DNA of 64,000 bases, from NCBI GenBank assembly GCA_020725175.1, contig DYFM01000002.1:36880-100879 (forward strand). The letters run 5' to 3'. Source of the DNA: Candidatus Paceibacter sp. (lineage in GTDB: Bacteria; Patescibacteriota; Patescibacteriia; Magasanikbacterales; UBA922). Positions within the stretch are counted from its first letter, which is position 1, and every line of letters begins with the position of its first letter. Position numbers and translations under genes: made by a program. Positions 18,682 through 28,881 of this stretch are shown here, piece by piece. The notes beneath the pieces were generated by a model. That model was not told where the DNA came from. It saw only the letters and a program-made list of their open reading frames with translations, and ran no database searches.

Positions 18682-19060
18682 AAAATCATCCACCAACGTT
18701 CCACCAAGTGGATTTCAAAAAGAGCTGCAGCGGCTCCAATTGGTGCTTTTGGTATCGTTAACTGTTATTTTACTCCTTGGTATTGGTGCTTCGGTGTATG
18801 TGTATCGGTTGATTTATACATCGCTTAGTCAAGTTCAAGAAATTGTAGCTCAAAAAAGCGCACTCTCTGCGGCGATTATTGATTTTAATAGGTATGAAGA
18901 GGTGGAGAAAAAATGGAATGATAAGTATATGACAAACGCAGTGGTAGCTGGAAGAAATCCATTTATTGACGCACCGATCACAGTACCGTTTGTAGAAACT
19001 GCGACCACCACTATAAGTACTAGCACTGATACAGTGGTACAAGTTGAGGAGCGAGGATGA
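18668..19060 (+). CDS. hypothetical single-pass membrane protein (possible PilP-like component)
   Basis: Internal start 'MRLRKK..' with a TM helix 'LVLLVSLTVILLLGIGASVYVY'; 14 nt overlap with pilO suggests translational coupling. Confidence 0.35.
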   Translation: MRLRKKSSTNVPPSGFQKELQRLQLVLLVSLTVILLLGIGASVYVYRLIYTSLSQVQEIVAQKSALSAAIIDFNRYEEVEKKWNDKYMTNAVVAGRNPFIDAPITVPFVETATTTISTSTDTVVQVEERG

Positions 19061-19092
19061 TGTTTTTTTTCAGGAATATTTTACTGTAATGT

Positions 19093-20220
19093 ATGCAACT
19101 ATTGTTTCAGTTGGGGCGAGAACCAAACTTATCGAAGGCAGAAATTTTTGCCATTTTTCAACAAAAACATATTTCCTTTGATATCCTCTCTCTCGAGAAG
19201 GATCTTTTGTTACTTGAAACCGACCACACTGTTTCGGCAACAGACCTGATGCGACGTTTGGCCGGAGTCGTGAAAATAAGTGAACGGTTATTTGAGCACG
19301 AGGCGAGCGTTCTTGGAATTGCAACGTACTTGTTTATTGCTGTACCGGAGGGGAAGATTGAATTTTCTTTGTCCGGATCAGGTGTAGGAAAAACGGCACT
19401 GCAGGTCAAAAAAATGTTGAAAGAGCGCGGTCGATCGGTTCGGTATATTGAACCAAAAAATACCGCTACAATTTTGCATAATAAACTCGTCGAGAAGAAA
19501 ACCGATCTTACGCTGTTCAAGAATGCCTTGTTTGTCACCCGAGCAATTCAGCCGATTGAGGAACTTAGTGAACGCGATTTTGGGCGTCCCGGTTTTGATG
19601 CCAAGAGTGGAATGTTACCTCCAAAACTGGCTCGAATGATGATCAATCTGTCCGGCGCCAAACCAACCGACACCCTGCTTGATCCCTTTTGTGGTTCCGG
19701 GACGGTATTGACCGAAGCATTGCATCTCGGTATCCATCGAATCGTAGGAAGTGATGCCTCGGAAAAAGCTGTTTCTGACACTAAACAAAATATCGTTTGG
19801 ACCAAAGAACAGTTTCATATTTCCGGTGTCGAGGCTGAGGTGATAGTTGCAAAAGCGGAAGCGTTGAAAGAATATTTGAAACCAAACAGCATCGATGTAC
19901 TTGTTTCCGAACCGTATTTGGGAAAACCGCTCAAAGGGAATGAATCGGCAGCTTTTTTACAAAAACAAGTGGAAGATCTTAGGCAATTATACTTTGCCGC
20001 TTTTTCATCATTTGCTTCAATCTTAAAACCGGGTGGTAAAGTTGTTTTTGTTATCCCACAGTTTCGGGTAAACGGCTCGTGGCTCATGATTGATTGTGTA
20101 GAAGAAATACAACAACTTGGTTTTACACTGTCTCCTCTGCTGGATACTGATCCATCACTTCTGTACTGGCGACCTGATCAGTTGGTGGGGCGGGGTGTTT
20201 GGCGGTTTGTTAGGGAGTGA
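19093..20220 (+). CDS. THUMP-domain RNA (guanine-N2) methyltransferase (RlmL/Trm14-like)
   Basis: 'LLDPFCGSGTVLTEA' motif I and the downstream 'SEPYLGKPL' (D/S-PPY-like) motif IV of N2-G/N6-A methyltransferases. Confidence 0.6.
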   Translation: MQLLFQLGREPNLSKAEIFAIFQQKHISFDILSLEKDLLLLETDHTVSATDLMRRLAGVVKISERLFEHEASVLGIATYLFIAVPEGKIEFSLSGSGVGKTALQVKKMLKERGRSVRYIEPKNTATILHNKLVEKKTDLTLFKNALFVTRAIQPIEELSERDFGRPGFDAKSGMLPPKLARMMINLSGAKPTDTLLDPFCGSGTVLTEALHLGIHRIVGSDASEKAVSDTKQNIVWTKEQFHISGVEAEVIVAKAEALKEYLKPNSIDVLVSEPYLGKPLKGNESAAFLQKQVEDLRQLYFAAFSSFASILKPGGKVVFVIPQFRVNGSWLMIDCVEEIQQLGFTLSPLLDTDPSLLYWRPDQLVGRGVWRFVRE

Positions 20221-20397
20221 TTTGTTTAATTTGGTTTATCAAAGATTGATTCCTTTAAAAAAACACATCCGCGAATTCAATTGGATTACACAGATCTATT
20301 TTAGGATTCAAAACGAGATTCTGTTTTTTCCAGATGTATTTGGGAGGAGAGCTTCATTCGATATCCTATTGTTTTAGGAAGAGACTATAATTGGGTA

Positions 20398-20571
20398 TGA
20401 ATTATCTATTGCACTTTAAAGTAAAATTGCTTGTGTTACAGCTATTTGTAGTTTTACTTGTAGGGTGCGGAAATGAGTTGGAAGACCGTGGTAATGGTGG
20501 TATCTTGTCTTCGGGAGTTCCTGTTGAAGAAAATCTGCCAATAAAACAGGAAGAGAAGCAAGCTTTCTAAA
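20398..20571 (+). CDS. small lipoprotein (57 aa)
   Basis: Lipobox 'LLVGCG' after a hydrophobic leader; not in the ORF track because it is shorter than 60 aa. Confidence 0.3.
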
Positions 20572-20585
20572 AAACAGTACGTTCT

Positions 20586-21191
20586 TTGGACGATGTTGGA
20601 GAATTGCGAGATGGCATATTTAGTTTCAATGAAAAAGCCGGTCTAGTGGGAGTGGAGTTTCAAGATGTCTTTGATTTTACATCTGAGACAAAGTGGACAA
20701 ACATTGAAACAGCAGACGTTCGTTTAGCAATTCCATTTTCTCCAGAATGGAATATCGCCAGTACACCTCTCTCGGCTTTTGATGTGGGTGTTATACCTTA
20801 TTATTATAATGAAACAGAAGTGGTGATGGTTCCCTTTATCAGATTTGGTAAATTTGTATCTAGCTTTACGTATGCAGCGAGAGAATATTATCTGCAAATT
20901 GTTCCGAAAGATAGAATAATAAGTGGGCCCATCACGACACTACAGCAGTACGCCGTTGAACAGTGTCCGTTTGAGGGAGTAGAACCGCCTACATTAGTTA
21001 GCATTGGTCGCTATTCGGGTGTTACCTATCTTTATGGAGGTTCAAAAGGATGTGTTACGGACTTTTCGAGTATTGTGAGAGATCAGGTTTTATTTCTCTA
21101 CCAACGACCATGGAGAGCGGCTGGTGCTGAGGGTAAACATGAGGTACCAAAAAAAATGAGGAAAATTATTGAGAGTATACGGTTGAAGTGA
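20586..21191 (+). CDS. hypothetical protein
   Basis: 201 aa ORF with no recognised motif. Confidence 0.35.
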   Translation: MDDVGELRDGIFSFNEKAGLVGVEFQDVFDFTSETKWTNIETADVRLAIPFSPEWNIASTPLSAFDVGVIPYYYNETEVVMVPFIRFGKFVSSFTYAAREYYLQIVPKDRIISGPITTLQQYAVEQCPFEGVEPPTLVSIGRYSGVTYLYGGSKGCVTDFSSIVRDQVLFLYQRPWRAAGAEGKHEVPKKMRKIIESIRLK

Positions 21192-21251
21192 TTGATTGTT
21201 ATATATTGGTATTTGTTGTAAAGTGCAGCGGTTTGTTAACAATAGAGTAAA

Positions 21252-21290
21252 AAATGTAAAGACGCGAAGTATCGCGTCTTTACATTTTTT
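21252..21290. terminator. bidirectional rho-independent terminator
   Basis: AAAATGTAAAGACGCGA-agta-TCGCGTCTTTACATTTTTTAC between convergent genes. Confidence 0.6.
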
Positions 21291-21729
21291 ACACCGTCAC
21301 CTCACCCACAAAAGAAGTATCAATATTCTTCTGAATGTCTTCTCGAGACGTATGCTGTTGACCAAGTAACCACATCAGTTTTACTTGCGCCATCACATCA
21401 GTCATGTCTCGAGCAGAAATAGCACCAGCCTCAAGTGCTTGGACAGCCGGTTCATCGTTTACTTCTTTGAATGCATTTCCGCCAATAAATTTTGTCGTAA
21501 TGAGAACCGGAATACGGTAGTGTTCAACTGCCTTATGGATAAGTGGTAAAAATGAATACCCTCCAATTGTTGGAACTGACCCAGCGCCATGAGATTTGAG
21601 CAATAAGCCCTTGCAGCGACCAGATTTTAACACTTCTTCAATCAAACTCGGCAACATTCCTGGTACCAAATCAATGTTAAGAACACTCGATGGTGCCCCC
21701 ATATCCGATAACAAGAATTTTTTTCATAC
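21289..21729 (-). pseudogene. L-asparaginase remnant: 13-aa N-terminus fused out of frame to the C-terminal domain
   Basis: Minus-strand ATG at 21729 encodes 'MKKILVIGYGGTIECS*' (asparaginase 'GGTI' N-terminus). The ORF continues at +1 with the C-domain 'KGLLLKSHGAGSVP...AGAISARDMTDVMAQVKLMWLLG'; most of the N-domain is missing. Confidence 0.45.
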
Positions 21730-21732
21730 CAA

Positions 21733-22485
21733 TTATTTTAACCAATACAAATCGACCACCTGCCCCACACCATATCCAACCGCTCCGGCCAGACTGGCAA
21801 GAGTAAGCATTTCAAGACCGGCTTTCCACCAAGAGCGATGCGAGTAGCGGGTTGTAGCAACACCAAGGAAAAATAGTCCGGCAAGCGTAACAACAATTGA
21901 AACTGGTAAGGCAACGCCGATGGTCAGGAGTAGATATGGTAACAATGGAATAGAACCACCAATGATATATGCCACGCCCATCACGAGGGCGTTTTTCTTT
22001 GGTGATTCTTCTACATCTGGAAATACTTTTAGCTCTCGATAAGCCATTTCTTTGAGAAACAGTTCTTTGTTCTTTGCGGCCGTCTCAGCCATTTCGGTTG
22101 CCAAAACCTTCGGCCATCCATCGGCAACATACATACCAATCAATTCTTCCTTTTCTTCTTCTGGATATTGATGAATTTCCATTCGTTCTTCTTTGAGTTT
22201 GCGTTTGTCAATTGATTGCTCTGATTTTGATGATAGATATGAGCCGACTGCCATAGAGATGGACTCCACGGAAATAATGACGAGGCCGGAGAGCGTGACG
22301 GTAAAAGGATCCTGGGTGGCGGTAGCAATACCAGTGATAGCCCCAAACGTTGATACCATTCCATCTTCCATACCAAAAACTGCCTCACGAATGAGGGAGG
22401 TATCTACTTGCTTTTGGTGATGGAGATATTGTTTGTGATAGTCGTGGCGGGGCATATGAAAATATGTATATGTAGCGTGTGGCAT
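21733..22485 (-). CDS. VIT1/CCC1-family Fe/Mn transporter
   Basis: 'GMEDGMVSTFGAITGIA' VIT-family motif and about five TM helices. Confidence 0.65.
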   Translation of the reverse strand: MPHATYTYFHMPRHDYHKQYLHHQKQVDTSLIREAVFGMEDGMVSTFGAITGIATATQDPFTVTLSGLVIISVESISMAVGSYLSSKSEQSIDKRKLKEERMEIHQYPEEEKEELIGMYVADGWPKVLATEMAETAAKNKELFLKEMAYRELKVFPDVEESPKKNALVMGVAYIIGGSIPLLPYLLLTIGVALPVSIVVTLAGLFFLGVATTRYSHRSWWKAGLEMLTLASLAGAVGYGVGQVVDLYWLK

Positions 22486-22536
22486 TACTGTAGTTTATAG
22501 TATATTCTGATCCCTCGTTATCTGCAAGTAGGGGTG

Positions 22537-23460
22537 TTATAACATTGCAATCCAAAACGGCACCGTAATGACCGATAAAACAGTACTGAGCACAATCGCG
22601 CGAGCGATAAATTGTTTTTCTAGCCGATACTGATCCGCAAGGGCAAAAGGGGTGATGGCCAGCGGCATGGCTGCATCAATGACTGAAGCGGTGTGGGTGG
22701 AAAGAGAAAAACCGGTGATAAAAAGAAATACAATAAATAGACCAGGAAGCAGGAGAAGCGTGAACAAAGAAAATATACCAACCGGAATCCATTCCTTAAT
22801 TTTACCGATTGATGAGCTCCCGATAAAAATTCCAATTACCACCAGTACTACCGGTGTGACCGAGGAAGCGAGCATATCAATTGCGGAGACGATTGCTTTT
22901 GGGATCGGGAGATGAAAAAAACTTATGCCAATACCGATAACTGCAGCCAGCAAGATAGGATTGATAGCGATTTTTTTTAGTGTCTCTTTGGCAGCATGTT
23001 GATGGCTACCGTGTAAAGAATATTCGAGATAACCTATTGCAATGGTGAAAACGAGAAACAAGTACACAGCAATCAAAATACTCGCAGTCGGCAATGCCTT
23101 CTCACCAAGTACCGAATAAATAATCGGAACACCTAAAAAAGCCACGTTACCAAATGGTGCGCATAGAAACAGTGTTCGGCGCAACGGTTTCTTGAGTCGT
23201 AGAAGATAGGAAAAAAGTAGTGTGAGTAAAAAAACACTTAGAATAAATATTGCGTTGACAAGGATCGTGGTTCCATCTTTTGTAAGAGAGAAAGTATGTT
23301 TTGAAAGAGTGGAAAGTACTAGCGCCGGTAGACCAACAGATAAGGCAAAGGCATTGAGTGGACCAGCCCAGTGTTCTTTGATAAGTTTAAGCTTTACCAG
23401 AAGAGCACTCCCAAATATAATGAGGAAGAGCGGGGTAATGGTGAGGAGGGTTTGGAACAT
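22537..23460 (-). CDS. AEC-family (auxin efflux carrier-like) membrane transporter
   Basis: 307 aa with about 10 TM helices and AEC-like N-terminal segments. Confidence 0.5.
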   Translation of the reverse strand: MFQTLLTITPLFLIIFGSALLVKLKLIKEHWAGPLNAFALSVGLPALVLSTLSKHTFSLTKDGTTILVNAIFILSVFLLTLLFSYLLRLKKPLRRTLFLCAPFGNVAFLGVPIIYSVLGEKALPTASILIAVYLFLVFTIAIGYLEYSLHGSHQHAAKETLKKIAINPILLAAVIGIGISFFHLPIPKAIVSAIDMLASSVTPVVLVVIGIFIGSSSIGKIKEWIPVGIFSLFTLLLLPGLFIVFLFITGFSLSTHTASVIDAAMPLAITPFALADQYRLEKQFIARAIVLSTVLSVITVPFWIAML

Positions 23461-23501
23461 AAACGAAATAGCGAAACAAGAAATAATGAAATAGTTTGTT
23501 G

Positions 23502-24503
23502 TTATTGGTTTGAATGTTTTGTAACCAAACTACGTTGTTCGGCATTTCGCGTGATGCAGAGGTGTTTCAGCTTGCGTTCTGACTTTGGTTTTAACGAAGC
23601 TACTTCTCTCAGTTTTTTCAGCGACAGTGGAAATATTTCCTTATTTGTGTCATAAAAAAATACTTCATGACCAATAAGAAAATTGGCAAACGCGCCAGGG
23701 AGAAAATCCCATACTTTGAGTGAACGTCGCAAAAAAATATCTGTTCGGTTTTCTGTCATATAACGAAGAGCGACAGAAGCACTGGGAATCATGTGAAATG
23801 TGATATCTTGTTCTGTTGGGAGAAGGTGTTCAACTCCACTGAGTTTTTCCTGATGTGTCTCAGTACTTGCGCTTACATTGACACGTAAAGAAGAGGACAC
23901 CTCTTGTGAAGTATGTGACATGTTGCTAATATCTTCTTCGGCTGAGACAGCAATGGTAATACAATTATTTATAGGCTCCCAAATGAGCGAAAAGCCGTCT
24001 TGAACTTTTTCGTCTGTAATAGTAAACCGAGAAAAAACATGACAACAATCCTGTTTCCCTTCAGCGTATGGTTTGGTACCGTCAATGGGGTCAAACACTA
24101 TTACTCCTTTGGGATCATCTACTAGAGTCGTTTCTCTTTCCTCATCTATAATGAGATCATCGGGGAAATGAGTTGAAATGTACCGATAAACTTGTTTCGT
24201 AATTTCCAAATCTCCTGCAGTAACAATACTTGATGAAACAGCACTTCCGACTTCACAGCCATGGTATTTGTAAAAAATCTCGGTAATTTTTGGGAGAAGT
24301 TTGAGATAGGAGATAAGGTGCTCGACATGGTTTCCGTTCAGCTCATCCGTTGCTTTTTTTGCTACCAACAACAACCGAGGCGGACCGCTTGGAGCATCTT
24401 TGAAAAGTGAACGAACTGTTTGTTCTATGTTGTAGTAGAGTGGGTGGGGAGGCATGGGGTGGAATTTTGAAGTTTTAAGTTTTAAGTTTGAATTTGCCTG
24501 CAA
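23502..24503 (-). CDS. inositol monophosphatase / FBPase superfamily protein (second paralog)
   Basis: 'VIVFDPIDGTKPY' and 'WDFLPGAF' motifs. Confidence 0.5.
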   Translation of the reverse strand: MQANSNLKLKTSKFHPMPPHPLYYNIEQTVRSLFKDAPSGPPRLLLVAKKATDELNGNHVEHLISYLKLLPKITEIFYKYHGCEVGSAVSSSIVTAGDLEITKQVYRYISTHFPDDLIIDEERETTLVDDPKGVIVFDPIDGTKPYAEGKQDCCHVFSRFTITDEKVQDGFSLIWEPINNCITIAVSAEEDISNMSHTSQEVSSSLRVNVSASTETHQEKLSGVEHLLPTEQDITFHMIPSASVALRYMTENRTDIFLRRSLKVWDFLPGAFANFLIGHEVFFYDTNKEIFPLSLKKLREVASLKPKSERKLKHLCITRNAEQRSLVTKHSNQ

Positions 24504-24622
24504 CCATAGCTGTGTTCAGGGCGGGTAAGTAGCTCGTCAAAACTGGGTGGGAGTGGATTGTAGTGAAACATTGTTCAATTACTTTTTTGTTTTCTTGTTT
24601 TTTCTCTTTTTTCTATTGTAAC

Positions 24623-24651
24623 AAAAAAGACCTCGCTTGAGGAGGTCTTCT
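24623..24651 (-). terminator. rho-independent terminator of ychF
   Basis: AAGACCTCCTCAAGCGAGGTCTT hairpin followed by a T run on the minus strand. Confidence 0.6.
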
Positions 24652-24654
24652 GTC

Positions 24655-25734
24655 TTATGTCGCCACATGAAAATAGCAAACATCACCATCTTGCACAACA
24701 TAATCTTTCCCAACCAACTTCATTTTTCCTTGTTCCTTTACACCATTCCAGCCGCCAGCTTCTACAAATTCTTTCCAGTTGGCAACATCTGCTTTGATAT
24801 ACCCCTTGATAAAATCGGTATGAATGACTCCGGCTGCCTGTGGTCCAAGTGTTCCCGCCGGACAGGTCCACGCGCGAGTTTCTTGCACACCCGAAGTGAT
24901 AAAGGTAATAAGGTTGAGCAGTTTGTATCCGGCGAGGATTATTTTGTCTAGCCCGGACTGTTCCATGCCGAGATCTTTCATAAACTCTTTGGCATCTTCG
25001 AGTGATAGTTCGCCCAGTTCGGCTTCTGTCTTGGCAGAAACGTACACGTGGGGCACTCCCTCCTCAATAATGGTTTTTTGTTCCTGGCTGGTTGCCTCTT
25101 GATCATCAACATTCACCACATACATCATTGGTTTCATTGTTAGTAAATGCAAATCTCGCACTAGTGATAATTCATCTTCGTTCCATTCTAGTTGTCGAGC
25201 TGGTCGTCCGGCTTGTAAATGTGCGTCGAGGCGAGTGAGTACTTCTATTTCTGTTTTGACTTCCTTTGGAATAACACCTTTGGCTTTCCCTTGGGCAGTC
25301 TTTAGACGTTTTGACACGGTTTGCCAGTCCGCCAACACCAATTCTAGGTTGATAATATCCGCGTCATCTTTTGGATCTACTCTATTTTGAACATGAGTAA
25401 CGTTACTATCAGAAAAAGCTCGCACTACTTGGGCGATGGCATCTACTTCACGAATGTGTGACAGAAACTTATTACCCAAGCCCTCTCCTTCGCTCGCGCC
25501 CTTTACTATGCCGGCGATATCAATGAACTCGATAGCAGTAGGAATAATTTTGGCTGCTTTGGAAACTTTCGCGAGGGGGGCAAGACGTTCATCCGGTACC
25601 TCAACCACGCCCACGTTTGGTTCAATGGTACAAAACGGATAATTTTGCGCGTCGGCTTGTTTGCTTCTGGTCAGAGCATTGAATAGTGTTGATTTTCCGA
25701 CGTTGGGGAGACCGACGATACCGATGGAGAGCAT
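24655..25734 (-). CDS. ychF: ribosome-binding ATPase YchF (Obg-family GTPase)
   Basis: 'GIVGLPNVGKSTLFNALT' G1 motif and C-terminal TGS domain. Confidence 0.9.
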   Translation of the reverse strand: MLSIGIVGLPNVGKSTLFNALTRSKQADAQNYPFCTIEPNVGVVEVPDERLAPLAKVSKAAKIIPTAIEFIDIAGIVKGASEGEGLGNKFLSHIREVDAIAQVVRAFSDSNVTHVQNRVDPKDDADIINLELVLADWQTVSKRLKTAQGKAKGVIPKEVKTEIEVLTRLDAHLQAGRPARQLEWNEDELSLVRDLHLLTMKPMMYVVNVDDQEATSQEQKTIIEEGVPHVYVSAKTEAELGELSLEDAKEFMKDLGMEQSGLDKIILAGYKLLNLITFITSGVQETRAWTCPAGTLGPQAAGVIHTDFIKGYIKADVANWKEFVEAGGWNGVKEQGKMKLVGKDYVVQDGDVCYFHVAT

Positions 25735-26285
25735 AATTTGGTTTATTAGTTGAATGGTTTATTAGAGTGCGTTAAAATCATTTCGCTTATTTTTGCAGCT
25801 CTAGTTTGGGAACTTTATCAGAGAATGAGAGAAAAATCAATACAACGTTCATGAACGTGAAAATAAGAAACACAACCCATGAACAGCTGTGTTTCTTTGT
25901 ATACAAGATAACTCTCACTTTTCAAGAGAGGTTTGAGAATAACTATATATGGGAGTTTTGGTAATACTAGATACAACTAGACTAATAAAAAAACGGACCC
26001 AAATGATCCGTTTTTTGTATAGTATGGTGTATACAAGTTATGCATTACCACCTTCTGTTGGTTGAGCAGGCTCTTCAGCTGGTGTTTCAGTGGCCGGAGC
26101 TGGATTTGAAGCCGGAGCTTGTGTTTCTTCTGCACCTGAAGTTACTGGTGCCTGTGATTGTGTATCTTCCATATGGTTATATGGTTAGAAATAAAGAAAT
26201 ATGAGTGGTCGTGAGTGATTACACCGTATCATGGGTGAGTGGAGGCGTCAAATGCGAATTATTTAAACAGAGAGGTGTTTTCGTC

Positions 26286-27692
26286 TTAATTTACAACATA
26301 ATTTTTATAGTCTCGCAACAACCCTTTCCAATTTTCAAGTGGCTGTGAAATAAGAATGGGGACTAGTTGTTTTCTTTGTTCTTCCTCAAGATTTTCGAGA
26401 TTCTTAAAAATGCTAAGTCCCTCTTTAATAAGGCTTGATACAGTATTATCAAACTCATCAATTTGTTTATTAACTTGACGAAAAGAAGAAGATATTTCGT
26501 CGTCTTGGTCCTTACTTGTATCTACCCCGAATACATCAAGGAAGCCGGAAAAGTCTTTTCTATGTTTTGGATTACTTATTCTTAAAATCTCTGTTAGCTG
26601 CCTTTCTTCTAAAACAGAAAATACGAACCCTTCAAAAGCGGTTTTTATTTTTAAAATTTTTTCTTTAAGAAACATAACATATCTTGGGAGCAGATCATTT
26701 ATTTCGTCAAAATCAGTATCGCTTAAGTAAAATGCAAGTAACTCTTCTTTTACAATGGACTCACTTGCACTTTTCTTAAAATTTTTAATTACGCGAGAAG
26801 CATTGTCAACACATTCCTGTAATGTTTTTCTTACAACGTCAACAATTGTTTTTAGCTCATCTTCGGTAACTAGTCGGTCGTAGATTTCTTGGCGTATATC
26901 ACCAGTTAAATAAGTTATATTATATTTTGATTTTTCCTCATCATGAGCTTTTTTTATTTTTTCGGTTATGTCTTGTAGAGAGTGTTGAGCTCTTTCGATT
27001 GTGTCAGCAACATCAGTTGGTATAGAAGAAGCTTCAAGAAATTTTGTTAATCTTGGTCTATGATATAACGAGTTCCTAGCGTGTTGTTGCTCGTGTTTTA
27101 GTACACGAGTAGGGCTCTCATCTGCTTCTTCACTTTTTAAGCGACTGTTATTGAGTACGATCACAGCGCCATTGGCTTCACCTAACCGTGGGTTTCTAAA
27201 AAAAACACCTTTTGGAATTTGTGAGAGCTCTCCCTCGATTGCATCGAGGGGTATGCTTTCTTTAGCCGCTTCTTGAACATGATCGGTATTTAGATCCAAT
27301 GTTTGTAAAACATCTGCAGGAGAGTCACATAATAAGATAATTGCGTCACTGTGTGGATCTTCTAACAAAGTTACATCTCTAAAGGTGCCGGACTTGCTAA
27401 AAATAGTTTTAAATATTTCTTGTGCGTAGGTTTCTGGAAACTCCTCTTTAGCAACCTCTATAGTTCTTTTAACAAATTGCCTTCTTCTATATAATTCTTC
27501 TACCGCTTCAAGAAAATAGGATTCCTGCCGTGGCGAAAGACGTTTTTGTTTAATTGTATCTATAACATGTTCTTTCTGAGCATCTGAGGAAAGCAATGAC
27601 TCTATTTCAACTACGAAGTTACTAAACTGTACCAACTGATCGATGTTTGATGAAGCTAATCTATCTGTTGAGTCAAACTTACGCATAAACAT
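26286..27692 (-). CDS. hypothetical protein (468 aa)
   Basis: Long ORF with consistent codon usage; only a weak 'HEQQH' motif. Confidence 0.4.
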   Translation of the reverse strand: MFMRKFDSTDRLASSNIDQLVQFSNFVVEIESLLSSDAQKEHVIDTIKQKRLSPRQESYFLEAVEELYRRRQFVKRTIEVAKEEFPETYAQEIFKTIFSKSGTFRDVTLLEDPHSDAIILLCDSPADVLQTLDLNTDHVQEAAKESIPLDAIEGELSQIPKGVFFRNPRLGEANGAVIVLNNSRLKSEEADESPTRVLKHEQQHARNSLYHRPRLTKFLEASSIPTDVADTIERAQHSLQDITEKIKKAHDEEKSKYNITYLTGDIRQEIYDRLVTEDELKTIVDVVRKTLQECVDNASRVIKNFKKSASESIVKEELLAFYLSDTDFDEINDLLPRYVMFLKEKILKIKTAFEGFVFSVLEERQLTEILRISNPKHRKDFSGFLDVFGVDTSKDQDDEISSSFRQVNKQIDEFDNTVSSLIKEGLSIFKNLENLEEEQRKQLVPILISQPLENWKGLLRDYKNYVVN

Positions 27693-28025
27693 GAATTATA
27701 AAATGTAAAATTAGTTTTTTATCAAATACTTGAAAAGTGTATAATCATTGAGTAAAAGAGTCTGTTTACAAGCAAGTATCTTAGTGCAGATAAGGTGATA
27801 TCAATGGATTATTACATGACAAGCCTTCATTTTTTGTAATACTGAGGATGGTTTCTTGTTGTAAAAAATATGCGGCACCTAACTATTTGTTAGAAGTGTT
27901 CTGTTAGGTGCGTTAAGAGGCCATTCATTGGTTAAAATTTGTAATGGAGAAATTTTATATATAATAGCAAAAACAAAAGAAAAAACAAGATGTGCTTTCT
28001 ATTTTGTTGATATTCTGTTTTATAC

Positions 28026-28054
28026 TTGACAAAACAACAGTATTTTGTTATATT
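28026..28054 (+). promoter_or_regulatory. sigma-70-type promoter upstream of rpsF
   Basis: TTGACA, 17 nt spacer, TATATT, about 70 nt upstream of the rpsF ATG. Confidence 0.5.
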
Positions 28055-28127
28055 TTCGCCAATATCAGCGCAGCTTACAGGTCGGTGTAAGCAATCAATC
28101 GTTAACCTATTTGAACTATAATATCGT

Positions 28128-28697
28128 ATGCAACAGTACGAGCTTTTGATCGTATTGCCGGGCACCATGGCAGAAGACGAGGCGGCCGCAGTCAAAGACC
28201 AATTGGCTGAGATCGTTACTAGTCAAGAAGCTGTCAACCTTACGGTAGAAGACCGAGGAAAGAGTCGTTTGGCGTACCCAATGAAGCATATCCGTTATGG
28301 ATACTTCTACTTTTTCCGATTTTCGGCTGAAACCACTCAGGTACCGGTCATTCAAGAAAAAATCCGACTTACCGGAAAGACACTTCGCTCCATTGTGAGT
28401 AAATATAGTCCGGAATTAGTAGAAAAAAACAAGGAAATGATCGCCAAGATGGTGAGCACGGTAGCTCCGGCTATCGATAAAGAAGAGGAAGAAGAGGTGG
28501 AAGAAGTATCAGTAAAACCGGAGAAAAAAGCACCGGAACCGACATCGGCTAAAGTAGAAGTAAATGAAGAGGTTTCTTTGGATACTTCAGAAAAGGTTGA
28601 GGAAGAAAAGCCAAAGAAAAAAGCTGCTAAAAAACAGCCGGTGACAATGGAAGAGATTGATGAGAAGTTGAACGAAATTTTGGATGGATCGTTGTAA
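28128..28697 (+). CDS. rpsF: 30S ribosomal protein S6 with acidic/Lys-rich C-terminal extension
   Basis: 'YELLIVLPGTMAED....GKSRLAYPMKHIRYGYFYFFRF' S6 core. Confidence 0.8.
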   Translation: MQQYELLIVLPGTMAEDEAAAVKDQLAEIVTSQEAVNLTVEDRGKSRLAYPMKHIRYGYFYFFRFSAETTQVPVIQEKIRLTGKTLRSIVSKYSPELVEKNKEMIAKMVSTVAPAIDKEEEEEVEEVSVKPEKKAPEPTSAKVEVNEEVSLDTSEKVEEEKPKKKAAKKQPVTMEEIDEKLNEILDGSL

Positions 28698-28881
28698 TAA
28701 AGAATAAAATTAAGGCTAAGATTAAGATTGAGAATGAGAATGAGAATGGGAATAGGTGATGGTTGGCCTGATGGGGAAAATAGAACGTATAGATATCATT
28801 ATACTTCTGTTGATAATTGATTTGAAACATGATAGCATAACTGTACCATATTCTTTATCTTAATTCTTTAACCTAAATTCT

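Noticed and set aside
26042-26173. 44-codon acidic, Pro/Ala/Thr-rich minus-strand mini-ORF upstream of ychF
   Set aside because: It is a disordered low-complexity peptide with no supporting signal, left as unannotated.
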